This document shows positions 25,662-38,562 of a DNA stretch of 64,000 nucleotides, in pieces. Both the position numbers and the translations under genes were made by a program. Each line of letters begins with the position of its first letter. The stretch's first letter is position 1. Below the pieces are notes generated by a model, which ran no database searches, had not been told where the DNA came from, and saw only the letters and a list, made by a program, of their open reading frames with translations. The stretch is from Octopus bimaculoides (lineage: Eukaryota), in contig NC_069002.1 in the NCBI RefSeq assembly GCF_001194135.2, positions 2,130,616 through 2,194,615 on the forward strand. The letters run 5' to 3'.

Positions 25662-25872
25662 AAGGGGGCGAGCTGGCAGAATCGTTAGCATGGTGGGCGA
25701 AATGTTTAGCGGTATTTCGTCTGCCGATACGTTCTGAGTTCAAATTCTGCCGAGGTCGACGTTGCCTTTCGTTCTTTCGGAATCGATAAATTAAGTACCA
25801 GTGGCTCACTGGAGTCGATGTAATCGACTATTCCCCTCCCCCAAATTTCAGACCTTGTGCTTATACTAGAAT
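25662..25872 (+). mobile_element. tRNA-derived SINE family A, best-preserved full-length copy
   Basis: A-box-like tggcagaatcg, B-box-like gagttcaaattc, central cctttcgttctttcggaatcgataaattaagtaccag, and 3' end gaccttgtgcttatactagaa followed by an att-repeat tail. At least 10 related copies in the window. Confidence 0.9.
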
Positions 25873-26033
25873 CTATTATCATTATTATTGTTTTACTTCT
25901 CAGAATGAAAGTTATATATGAGACAATATTTCAGCCTCTGGCTTTATAGGCTTCAACTGACGGTCTGTGTAATAGTGCTGGAAGGGACAGATATGAAGTT
26001 TTATTTACTACGACTAATTTTGAGAGAAGAGAG

Positions 26034-26180
26034 AAAATGGTGGCATCCACAATGTTGGTGCGGATGTTTAAGGTAAAGGGCCACAATAATGGAAGACAAC
26101 TTGGAAGGTTCGAGAAACTGAGGATAGGATGTTAATCTGGCACAAATTGCCTTGTTGGGTAGCACCAATCTACTTTGCAC
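26034..26180 (+). mobile_element. Possible second RLE-LINE C-terminal remnant
   Basis: Frameshifted pieces VGA.., TIMEDNLE, EKLRIGC and AQIALLGSTNLL resemble the LEKL.I...LQK.ALLGT..IL terminus of R4-type ORFs. Heavily decayed. Confidence 0.35.
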
Positions 26181-26578
26181 GGATGCATGCATTTCTCTCA
26201 GCATCGTAGGCCATCATGTTCTTAGCTTGACCTGTTGCAGTCCATACATATTCAAATTGCTTTGACCCTCGTTCTATATTCAATTAACTTGCCATTACTA
26301 TCATAATTATTATCGTTCGATTACTATTAGTATTCTTCATTTTATTTTTAGCCTTCATTTTATCGTTATTATTTGCGGTGATATTATTGTGATGAGTATC
26401 AATATTAATTTAAATATAATTATTTTATATTTTTTGCATATATATATATATATTTTTTTCTGTATTTTTGCAATTTGATTCGATCTTGCCACAAAGTCAA
26501 TAAACAGAAGACAAAGAAAAGGAAGTAAACGTAGTAGTACTAGTAGTATTAATGTTAATATAAGACATTGTTGTTGTT

Positions 26579-26633
<55 letters not shown>

Positions 26634-27406
26634 AATACCAATAATAATAAGAAGGAGGAGGGGAAAGAAAAGAAGAAAAAGAATATGGGGAAAAGGAAAA
26701 CGGAAAATGAAGAAAATAAGGCGCTAGGAGGGAGCGATAAAAGGACGATGGCAAAGTGGAGAAGAAGAAGAGGAGGAGGAAGAAGAAGAAGAAGAAGAAG
26801 AAGAAGAAGAAGAAGAAGAAGAAGAAGAAGAAGAAGAAGAAGAAGAAGAAGAAGAAAATAATACGGACTAAAATCAACATTATTATCATGAGCATGTGTA
26901 ACAGAGATGCCAAAAACAACGACATATGCAGCAATACGAACAACGACGGCAGCAAAAGCAAAAAGTAAAAAGCAACATCATCAGATATCAACATTGTAAC
27001 AAGAAAATAACAGAAGCAGCAGCAGCTACATGAACATCAACAACAACTGCTGCAGTTCAACTTTGAACTATTTAATTTCCTAACACGTTTTGTATTGGCA
27101 ACAATTTTGGCATTTACTTCAGTTTTCTGTAATAGTACGGTGGTGGTGAGGCTGGTGGATGCGGCGGTGGTGGACGTGGTGTTGGTTGTGAAGGCGGTGG
27201 TTGTGTTTGTGGTGGTGTTGGGGGAAGAGGTGGTGATGATGGTAGTGGTGGGGATAGTACGAGGCATTTTTGAGCTTCTATTGTAATTTTGGATAAACGC
27301 ATGCATATATACATACATGCATAGACATGTACGTAAAGATATATGAAAATATATATATACATAACACACACACATACACACACATATATATATACATATA
27401 TATGTA

Positions 27407-27440
<34 letters not shown>

Positions 27441-28260
27441 NNNNNNNNNNNNNNNNNNNNNNNNNNNNNNNNNNNNNNNNNNNNNNNNNNNNNNNNNNNN
27501 NNNNNNNNNNNNNNNNNNNNNNNNNNNNNNNNNNNNNNNNNNNNNNNNNNNNNNNNNNNNNNNNNNNNNNNNNNNNNNNNNNNNNNNNNNNNNNNNNNNN
27601 NNNNNNNNNNNNNNNNNNNNNNNNNNNNNNNNNNNNNNNNNNNNNNNNNNNNNNNNNNNNNNNNNNNNNNNNNNNNNNNNNNNNNNNNNNNNNNNNNNNN
27701 NNNNNNNNNNNNNNNNNNNNNNNNNNNNNNNNNNNNNNNNNNNNNNNNNNNNNNNNNNNNNNNNNNNNNNNNNNNNNNNNNNNNNNNNNNNNNNNNNNNN
27801 NNNNNNNNNNNNNNNNNNNNNNNNNNNNNNNNNNNNNNNNNNNNNNNNNNNNNNNNNNNNNNNNNNNNNNNNNNNNNNNNNNNNNNNNNNNNNNNNNNNN
27901 NNNNNNNNNNNNNNNNNNNNNNNNNNNNNNNNNNNNNNNNNNNNNNNNNNNNNNNNNNNNNNNNNNNNNNNNNNNNNNNNNNNNNNNNNNNNNNNNNNNN
28001 NNNNNNNNNNNNNNNNNNNNNNNNNNNNNNNNNNNNNNNNNNNNNNNNNNNNNNNNNNNNNNNNNNNNNNNNNNNNNNNNNNNNNNNNNNNNNNNNNNNN
28101 NNNNNNNNNNNNNNNNNNNCGCACACATGTGTATATATATATATGTATGGGGTACGTTCATGTGGTGTATGTATGTGTGTGCGTGCGTGTGTGTGTATGC
28201 GTCTAAGTATGTATATGATATATTATATTATTCATTACTTGGCTTCGTTAAGTGAGTGCT

Positions 28261-28284
28261 GCCATGCTGGAGCACCACTTTGAA
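28261..28284 (-). mobile_element. SINE family B 3'-end fragment
   Basis: gccatgctggagcaccac matches 52528-52545 exactly. Confidence 0.5.
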
Positions 28285-28744
28285 TTTTTTGGGGAACGAT
28301 CAAATCATACACTGTACTCAATACTGATTGTTTTAAATCTGATAATTATTCTGTCACATCTCTTGCCGCACTGCGATCAAACTGCGATGACACAACTCGA
28401 AAGAATTCAACAACGGTTATTAAGTGTTCATAGATGAAAGAAGAATATAAAAACGCAAACACACACACACACACACAAACATGTATGTATGGATGGATGA
28501 TATCAGCAAATCGATCATGATTTTCTGACTTAGAAAAGTTAAAAACATCTTAGAAATCTCAAAAACAAAAATACGAAATGTCAAATCGACGCACTCCGTC
28601 AACATATTAGTTTGAAGGTCGGGGACATTCCGGATGCATATACATATATATATATATATANNNNNNNNNNNNNNNNNNNNNNNNNNNNNNNNNNNNNNNN
28701 NNNNNNNNNNNNNNNNNNNNNNNNTATGTATATATATATATATA

Positions 28745-28959
28745 AGAGGAGGTGCTGAAAATTTCTTGGCTTTTCATGTATTGCGAAAAGCCTGGCTGGA
28801 ATCCCAACCTTCCGAGTTCTTTTTATAGGAATTCGAAAACTGAAGGACCGCTGCAATGAGTATTTTATCTGAGAAGGGAACTGTTTAACTAAAATCAATA
28901 TGAATTGATACCCCTGTATTTTCTGTTACCGAAAACCACGAACTTTCCAGCACCCCTCG
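28745..28959 (+). mobile_element. Tc1/mariner-derived MITE, second copy
   Basis: ta|agaggaggtgctgaaaatttcttgg ... cgaactttccagcacccctcg|ta. The interior ccttccgagttcttt...aaaactgaaggaccgctgcaat is colinear with 21519-21731. Confidence 0.85.
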
Positions 28960-29080
28960 TATGTATGTGTGAGTGCCTGTGTGTGTGTATGTGTGAGTGT
29001 GTGTGTGTGCCTCTGTGTGTGTGTCTATATATCTATATTCTTTTACTCTATTTTTATTTTTTTTGTTTCAGTCATTTTCA

Positions 29081-29123
<43 letters not shown>

Positions 29124-30150
29124 CTTGTATGTTTGTCTGTCTGTCTATTTATCTATATATATATATCGCTAGAATGGTAGAAATGAAAGAGATACAGAAA
29201 CTGGAATGGAAGATTATTTTGATAAAAATCTCACCATCTCAGAAACATTTAATCCCCGCAGACACCAAATTTTTAAAGGATCTTCTCTATTAATTTCATG
29301 AAACCAAATAGAGAAATTACGTAGGAGACAAACCCGATTGAACTGTTGATCAAAGTGCTACAAAAGTACAGAATTTCAGTAATTCTCTTGAGCTATGACT
29401 AGAGCGTTTCAGTAGAAAGATCACCAACATGAATAATTGAGAACGTGTGAATATAATGTTGTTTATACCAATTTTGCGCTGGACGAATTCTTCAATACAT
29501 GTATACATGTATGTATGAGTGTGTGTATATATATGGACGTATATATATGTATGTATCTATCTATATATATATACACACACATACACATATACATATATAC
29601 ACATACACAAATGTTCACACACACATATTTATACATATATATGTATGCATGTATTATATGAAGGTATACGTATTCATCTATGTATATGTATCATGAATTA
29701 TTAGACTTCTCGAGGAGATCAACTTTCTAATAAGTTACTGAGTACAGAGAAATTTTATTCACTTCATTTTGGTGCAAGCAACGCATCCTAAATTCAGTTA
29801 TTTAAGTTCACAAGGGAAATTAATTAACAAGGGTTACTTTTCCTATAAAAATTTGACTTGTTATAATCTAAAATAAACTGATCGAGCGAAATTGTATGTT
29901 TAATTAAAAATTAAAAAAATAATTATAATCTGTCAAGTTAAAACACTGAAAACATTTTATAGGAATATACATAACATTGGTAGTGCAGTGCAAGTGAGGA
30001 ATGGAGTGGAATAAGTAGGTTACTTGGCTATCCTGGAACACTATTTACACACTCACTGCCCACACTTATAGGCACATATCTGCACAAAACGATACATCGA
30101 GTTCTTTTTAATTTAACATTAATTGCTTCAGTCATTATAAATATCCCACA

Positions 30151-30420
30151 GGCGTGGCTAAATGGTAAGAACTTTGCTTCCCAACCACATGGTTCTGGGC
30201 TCAATCCCACTGGGTGGCACATTGCCCAAGTGTTTTTTTATTTTAGTCACGCGGTGATCAAATCCTTCTGAGTACATTTGGTAGATGGAAACTGAAAGAA
30301 GCCTGTTGTATATATAAATAAATAAATATATATCTATGTGTGTGTCTTTGTATCAGTGTCTGTCGCTCATCACGTAGTCTCCGTGACCTAGCAGTTCGGC
30401 CACAGAAATCGATAAAGTGT
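30151..30420 (+). mobile_element. tRNA-derived SINE family B (CORE-like, resembles octopus OR2)
   Basis: A-box tggctaaatgg, B-box-like ggctcaatccc, CORE-like ggcacattgcccaagtg, then ggtagatggaaactgaaagaagcc and an internal TA/TG tract. A homologous minus-strand copy lies at 37735-38110. The OR2/CORE naming is from memory. Confidence 0.8.
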
Positions 30421-30550
30421 AAAAAACAATATTTAGTTGTTCGTCTAACAAATAATATACGCCTGTCGTAACTATACACACTGCATGTTCTCTGCACACA
30501 CACACGCGCACAAACACACGCACACATACACATAAATATATTTATATTCT

Positions 30551-30590
<40 letters not shown>

Positions 30591-31270
30591 NNNNNNNNNN
30601 NNNNNNNNNNNNNNNNNNNNNNNNNNNNNNNNNNNNNNNNNNNNNNNNNNNNNNNNNNNNNNNNNNNNNNNNNNNNNNNNNNNNNNNNNNNNNNNNNNNN
30701 NNNNNNNNNNNNNNNNNNNNNNNNNNNNNNNNNNNNNNNNNNNNNNNNNNNNNNNNNNNNNNNNNNNNNNNNNNNNNNNNNNNNNNNNNNNNNNNNNNNN
30801 NNNNNNNNNNNNNNNNNNNNNNNNNNNNNNNNNNNNNNNNNNNNNNNNNNNNNNNNNNNNNNNNNNNNNNNNNNNNNNNNNNNNNNNNNNNNNNNNNNNN
30901 NNNNNNNNNNNNNNNNNNNNNNNNNNNNNNNNNNNNNNNNNNNNNNNNNNNNNNNNNNNNNNNNNNNNNNNNNNNNNNNNNNNNNNNNNNNNNNNNNNNN
31001 NNNNNNNNNNNNNNNNNNNNNNNNNNNNNNNNNNNNNNNNNNNNNNNNNNNNNNNNNNNNNNNNNNNNNNNNNNNNNNNNNNNNNNNNNNNNNNNNNNNN
31101 NNNNNNNNNNNNNNNNNNNNNNNNNNNNNNNNNNNNNNNNNNNNNNNNNNNNNNNNNNNNNNNNNNNNNNNNNNNNNNNNNNNNNNNNNNNNNNNNNNNN
31201 NNNNNNNNNNNNNNNNNNNNNNNNNNNNNNNNNNNNNNNNNNNNNNNNNNNNNNNNNNNNNNNNNNNNNN

Positions 31271-31333
<63 letters not shown>

Positions 31334-32541
31334 AGAGGAGAGGGGATGGCAGGAAAGGAGGGTGGAAAATATATAGATACGCACAGCGTTTGTTATTGAT
31401 AAAGAAATATCGTGATAAATTGTTCAATAAACAAACGCATAGACAGATATGTTAGCAAATAGCAATGAATTAAGGCAAACACACATAGAGATATATAGAT
31501 AGTAAGAAAGCCTTAAACATATATATTAACTCTACAACATATATAATCACGTTCACTCCAGCACAGATTTTCTAATATACATTTATGCAGAAATTAGTAC
31601 ACGCACGCTAACACACACACACACACACACACACTTATCATTAGAAACAAATATATTTGTATATGTTTGTTTATACGTGTGTGTGTGTGATGGCGAGCGT
31701 GTATATGTGTATGTATTTATGTATGTGTTTGTGTGTGTGTGTATGTGTGTGTGGAGTACGTATATATTTTGCTTAATTAAATCTTGCAAGTTTTTAAATC
31801 AGAGTAACTCTAATGTATCTTTAATCTTTAATCACTTTGACAATCAAATTAAATTCAAATCATTGCTCCATTAGGTATATAATAGCAACTAAACTACGTT
31901 AAAATTGCAAAGAAAATATTGTAATAACATTACTCAAGCGATAGGAATATTTCCATAAAATGGAATGTTTTCAAATGAGAATCACTCATGTTTGGCATAA
32001 ATATTCCTACCATGACGATGAATCTTTAGAATATTTTTATGGGTGTTTTTTTTCTTCCATCTAGACATTGCTACAACTCTCTGCAAATAATACTTATTGT
32101 ATGATTTTTGTGAAAATCCAGCAAAAATAATTATGAAGAGTTTAACTATAAACAACCATACAACAGCCATCATTCCTCATCTATCCTACAGCAAATCTCA
32201 CTTAATGGTGAGAATTTCTCTGAAAACTAACCTCCGTGTCGACTGTATGCTAACTGGTTTTTTTCAGAGCGGAGCGGCTATAAAATCATGAGAATGTAAA
32301 AGACCTTTAGGAAATTCAATGCATAGAGCATTAAAAAAAAATCAAATTCAGATTATATACGCGTGCAGAAAAGAAAAGTAAATAATATTAGTGGCTAACA
32401 AATACCGAGTAATGTTTGCAAACTTAGATAAGCACTTTGCTACAAGTAAAACTGACGCTTCTACCAAAAGCCGCCGTTGAACATACAAGCACAACGCGTG
32501 TTCATACAGGCACACTCATATATATACACATACACACATGC

Positions 32542-32593
<52 letters not shown>

Positions 32594-32607
32594 NNNNNNN
32601 NNNNNNN

Positions 32608-32651
<44 letters not shown>

Positions 32652-34235
32652 TTATATATATATCGAGAAAGAGAGAGAGATGGAAGAAGAAAGAGAAAGA
32701 GAAATATTTAATTATTTACAGTAGCAATGGAAATTCCATAGATAAACATTAGAAAAGACAGTGACATCATTTGGACATAATTTTTCCTGAAGTCTTCAAA
32801 TGGTTTTAGTTTACATTGTGTCGTAGTGAAGGCGGAGTTTCATTCGACACTATCTTCGCTACTCACTCGCCACGTCTTCTAGTGCGTGAGTGGTTATGAA
32901 TACATCTGTATTTATGACAAGATTAAAACAATCTCTAGTAAGGAGCAAAGTCGTTGACAATCAAACATCTTAACACACAACCGCACCTGCCTCATGTTGA
33001 CATAGTTCACCTAAGTTTGTGATATATTATTCTTACTACAAATAACAAGCAATTATATATTTTTTCCTCTCCCCCACCACGGATGAAAGTTTGGTGAGCG
33101 CCTGGTTTCACCTTACATTTAGTGCACACATTTTTGCCAGCTTTTGATATCTTTTGACGGAGGGGGCTCTCACCGAGCGATAGATATGCTATTTATCTGC
33201 TGCCCCAACGTTTAAAGAACAACATATCTTGGTGTCATGTTTTTTTTTTCTGAATATCACGAACATTGATATAGAGCTAGATGCACTATACCTGAAAGAA
33301 GTGGACGATTAAAACGAATGGATTAAAAGTTGATAATCGGTGTGCTCTATCGGGGTTCATCAAGGTTTAAAAATAACATAAACAACGACACTAAGAACAA
33401 TAAATGTGTATGAATATATTTAAAGCCAAAATTAAAAATTCCACAAGAACTTTCTTGACAACCTAATAGATTTGAACATGATGTAGCAAAAAGAGAGAAG
33501 ACTCCAGATTTCTTACATCCTCACAGCCCAAATGGAGTGAAAATTGGTGTTAAACTCTGGTAGATTTGAACGTGACAGGAAAACACTGAAATACATACAC
33601 ACAAAGTCACTTGTGGATTCGTATAGAGAAAATTAGGAAATACTTTATATCACTTTCTTGTTGCAAAAATGATGTACGACAAATAATGACGTGACCCAAC
33701 ATGTAAGCACAATGTAATTGAAAGATATGCTCAAAATATCGGCTATATATCACTCGAAATATAACCTATTTAAAAAAAAATATTTATAGAATAACGTACT
33801 CTTCAGAAAAATTGCAAGAACAGTTACATCGCGAACGCTTTTGATAACATTTCAGCTATAATTTCAAATATTTGACTCATTGAATAGTGGTGATACAATT
33901 TATCTATCAACGAGTTATAATACTGATGTTTAAAAGAAAAAAACAAAACATATTGAGGAGAACATATCTACGTAGTATTTCCTAGGGATAATTACAAGTT
34001 CGTGTTAGGACGTGACATATGCGATGAGGGAGAAAAATAAAAGAGAATACTATATTTGAAATACATGGAATATGGCTTGGAGCGTACATCACATTTGAAT
34101 TAATAAAATTACCAGCAAAATACTGCGCCACATATAGTGAATTTATACAGTCTATATCTTTCTATGCTAATATTTACCATTGTTTCGAATGAAAATAAAT
34201 AAATACACACACACGCGCGCGCGTGTATGTCTGTT

Positions 34236-34271
<36 letters not shown>

Positions 34272-35365
34272 NNNNNNNNNNNNNNNNNNNNNNNNNNNNN
34301 NNNNNNNNNNNNNNNNNNNNNNNNNNNNNNNNNNNNNNNNNNNNNNNNNNNNNNNNNNNNNNNNNNNNNNNNNNNNNNNNNNNNNNNNNNNNNNNNNNNN
34401 NNNNNNNNNNNNNNNNNNNNNNNNNNNNNNNNNNNNNNNNNNNNNNNNNNNNNNNNNNNNNNNNNNNNNNNNNNNNNNNNNNNNNNNNNNNNNNNNNNNN
34501 NNNNNNNNNNNNNNNNNNNNNNNNNNNNNNNNNNNNNNNNNNNNNNNNNNNNNNNNNNNNNNNNNNNNNNNNNNNNNTATATATATATATATATATATAT
34601 ATATGCATCCGTGTGTGTGTGTTTATGAATTATATCACAATAAGTGTGCTAAGCACTCTTTTCCTTTTACTTTTTTTATTGTATTAAATATATATTATCT
34701 CATCAAATCTAAAGTGAGTAACTTGCAACGAGTTCTGTGATAATGGTATTAAATCGGAATAAGCAAGTGAATGGGTTTAGAAAGTTTGAAATACTCTCAA
34801 TTAATTCCGATCACTGGAGAATTTGCTTTCGATTTAATGAATCCGTGTGCATTAATCCTTTAATTATAGCAACACGAGATAAGTGGCTCTTAAAGTACAT
34901 CGAGGCTTTTAAGTCTAAGACTTTCAGAACATTTTTACACACGAATTAGTCTACGAATAAACATGGAGACTCTAGAGAATAGAAATTACAGAATTGGTAA
35001 TTCTTCTCACTGCTGTTAAGTGGTGTTGAGAGCTTCTCTATGTGTGTAAATGAGTTGCTGAGTGTACCAGCTTGTGTAATGGATAATAGGCAGGGAGATC
35101 GATATTGTACGGGGGCTAAATTATACAGAGGCACGAAACTAATTGTTATGTCATCTAGTGCGCCACTCTACGGAATTTTGATAATGGACACTTTCTTTTT
35201 GCCTGGCTGGATCTTAGAAACACTTCTAAATACTTTACTTCGGGGCAAGTATTCTGTTATGTTAATCCTTTTCTAATCAATACCAAAAGAGGACTTCAGT
35301 TTGATTTGACTTTAGCACTGAATCATACAGAATTCTAATATCACTCTGTTTATGATCAACTAGTT

Positions 35366-35718
35366 CAGTGGTTCTCAACCTATGGACCCCTTTGATGGCA
35401 ATTCTATTCTGGTGGACTCCAATAGCCACTTGTTGTTCACAAACTAGGTTTGTAGATAATTATTTTCGAAATTCCTATTTTTGATTTACGTACATTAACT
35501 GTGTAAGTTGCACTTTGTAAAACATTATTGTTTCGTGCAATAAATACATCTAAAGTAACATATTTCCTTGAACCCTTCACATATTACTGTGGCTCCCCAA
35601 TTTCCTATTTTACTTGCTGGGCCCACAAAAGTTTTCTATGAACCCTCAGGGGCCATATGGACTCCTAAGGGCAATATGGATTCCCAAGAGTCATATAGAC
35701 CCCTGTTGAGAACAACTG
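35366..35718 (+). mobile_element. hAT (Charlie-like) MITE 1
   Basis: TIRs cagtggttctcaac / gttgagaacaactg. Subterminal tatggacccc/tatggactcc motifs at both ends. The 8-bp flanks aactagtt / aggtaaat both have a central TA. Confidence 0.75.
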
Positions 35719-35726
35719 AGGTAAAT

Positions 35727-36146
35727 CAGTGGTTCCCAAAGTGGGAGGTTTTGCTTCCTTGGGTGTGGTAGAAAGATCCACTACACAGTTTATTCATCTA
35801 TATATTTTACTTGTCAATCTTTAAATACTATACAACTCCTAGTCTATTGGTCTATTATCCATTCAAAAATTTCCCCTTGTTAATGGTATGGAAAACACAT
35901 TTGTTAAGATGAGCAGCAAAACCTTCAATAATGTATGTAATTTAAGTAATTCTTGTATGGTTTCAACCGGGCATCGAAATGGTGGTCCGCAAATGTAATG
36001 CTGGGGGGTCCATGAACTAAATTCAAAATTTAATATATACCCACCTAAGGATAAGCATATTATAAGGGATCCGTCGAAAAACTCTTTTAAATAAAAGTGT
36101 TGGGAACCACTTTTGGGAACCACTGGGAAAAGGTTGGGAGCCACTG
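35727..36146 (+). mobile_element. hAT (Charlie-like) MITE 2 with triplicated right end
   Basis: Left TIR cagtggttcccaaa. Right-end copies ttgggaaccact (36100-36111), tttgggaaccactg (36112-36125) and gttgggagccactg (36133-36146). Flanks aggtaaat / aggtagga. Confidence 0.75.
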
Positions 36147-37339
36147 AGGTAGGAAATTGGAATTTAAGATTGCTTTTGAGACTAAGAAAATAATAAGTTG
36201 CTTATGTTCGAAAAGAGTTTTGGCATAATTCACCAATTATTTCTGACTTGAATCTCGACGCGAGCGCAGGTGCTGTAATTCGTAATTCACTAATGAACCA
36301 TGACATATAAACAATGCTTCTGAGGGACAAAAAGCAAATAGTTCCGACAATACTAGCAAAAACTTGGAAGTATTATTTTACTCTTATGGAGATATCTATA
36401 CAACTGCAGATTTAATAATTATTAGCAAGTATGTAGAATATTTATCACAGGGCACGTAACCCCGCTCAAGTTTGAAATACAGAGGATCTAAGAATAAAAG
36501 GACAGAAAACAATAACAGTTAGTATATTCCATCAATAACTGGCCAATAAATAAAATACGAACAGTGAGGCACTATTTTCGAATCTATTGATTATACTTTT
36601 ATCACTAAATCTTTATATAATCTATTAGGTTATGAGAACGAACATTAACAAGAATTCTGCCCAATTTGCCAACATCACCGACATTGAAAATGATGGCACC
36701 TCTGCGTAGTGAAAATTTCAATACAATCATAAAAGTATAGAAAATATATCGTCGAAATGGGTTGCATTGTATGATACATAGGAGCATAGTGAGCAGCTTT
36801 TCTACAATGGCTTGGGTCAAAAGAGAATATGAACTTAATATTATTATTATTATTACTAAAGCCTATTATCATCAAATACATAAAGAATTCATTCCATTTG
36901 AACGTGTTATTGATAAAATCATGTTATAAATCGTTGCTGAGTGTCAGCGTTTAAAATGATATCGGTTTATATAAAGATACGAATTTAACAAGTTACATTC
37001 AAAGTATAACGTTACCATAGTGTGAACAGGGAAGATTCTATGAAATACTAACTACGTATTAATGGTGTTGGAAGCAACTGTTAAAATTCTTATCACATTC
37101 CATAGCAAGAATTATACTTGAAAACTTCCTCAACATATTAGTAACATGATTGACTGCTTCAGAAAATTGCTTTGTACTTATGTGGTTTCGGTTTCAGTCC
37201 CATTTCGCTGGACGTATGTTATATCCTGTGGGAATTAAGTATCGAAACTATGCTAACGACATAAGAGTGATGACGAATCGGGAATAAAGGTACTACTAAT
37301 GAGTTCAAATGTTACTGCAATGTTTGCAGTTGTGACAAG

Positions 37340-37472
37340 AGGAAGTGAGTCCACAAAATCGACCACTGGTGCTTACATATTACTTATTTTAACACTCCCA
37401 AAATGAAGAAAGGAAAAGTCACTGTTGACCGTTTGAACCTAAAACGTAACGATTATGCCAGCTCGCTGCTTC
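37340..37472 (-). mobile_element. SINE family A, diverged and internally deleted copy
   Basis: The reverse complement gives gaagcagcgagctggcataatcgttacgttttaggttcaaacgg...cttttcctttcttcattttgggagtgttaaaataagtaa...cagtggtcgatt. Confidence 0.6.
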
Positions 37473-37524
37473 CAGGTCCAGAAGCATCGGATGCAATGAT
37501 GCAAAACTGAATACATTGCTGCTG

Positions 37525-37580
<56 letters not shown>

Positions 37581-37734
37581 GCTATTACTACTACTACTGC
37601 TGCTGCTGCTTAACTCACTTTGGAATTTAAAAAAATTTAGCTTTGATCTGTGTCGAAAACAATCAATTGAAATGAGCAAAATTGAATGAAATTAAACGCT
37701 AATAATATATTGGTTAACAACTGAAATATCTTTG

Positions 37735-38110
37735 ACGTGCTGGGGTACCACTTTGAAGTGTTTTAGTCGAACAAATCGCTCTCAGGGCATTGTTTAAGCC
37801 TTGTACTTATTTTATCGTTCCCTTTTCTCGAGCCGTTAAGTTACGGAGATGCAAGCACCGGCTCTCAAAAGGTGATGAGTGACAAACAAAAAGATACACA
37901 CACACACACACACGCACACACACACATATATATATACATAGAACAGACTTCTTTAAGATTCCTTCCATCAAATACACTCACAAGGATTTCGTCGACCTGA
38001 GTCTATAGTAAAAGACACCTGCCCAAGGTGCCTCGCATTAGGACTGAAACTGTAACCACGTGATTGGAAGGCAAGCTTCTTACCACGCGTGATTGGAAGG
38101 CAAGCTGCTT
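37735..38110 (-). mobile_element. SINE family B, near full-length copy
   Basis: The reverse complement gives gtggtaagaagcttgccttccaatcacgtggttacagtttcagtcctaatgcgaggcaccttgggcaggtgtcttttactatagactcaggtcgacg, then a TA/TG tract and gtaacttaacggctcgagaaaagggaacgataaaataagtac. It is colinear with 30151-30420 and 52528-52640. Confidence 0.85.
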
Positions 38111-38524
38111 GAGCACAAGCAATGGATTAGAAAATTAGTTGAAAGACAGGAGTTTGGATATTATTTGCCACTGTGCTCTGTGTCTATGTCTGTTACCTTA
38201 CTTTCAGCCAGGCACGTAAATTACTAAATTATGCCAATATATGTTAAAATATGTTAATAGATGATGTAGATTTCGCATACTTCATTGCTTCATAGTTGCA
38301 GTGGAAACTATAAATTCGATAATGACAGGGAATCTAGCGGGAGAGAACGGGCATAAGTAATTCTACGAAGCAGTAGAGTATGAATAGAAAAAAATATGTA
38401 TGAGAAAAAGGGTTTGAGGTATGATGAGGGGCGAGATCAATTCTAATCATACAAGGAAACACCTTTATATATTATTCATCACAAGATCAGCAAATTAGGC
38501 TCCAACCAGTATTAGGCTGAAAGG

Positions 38525-38562
<38 letters not shown>

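Noticed and set aside
25662-25760. tRNA gene call for the SINE heads (also 30151-30225)
   Set aside because: A/B-box-like motifs are present, but I see no complete cloverleaf or acceptor stem. They run into multi-copy SINE bodies.
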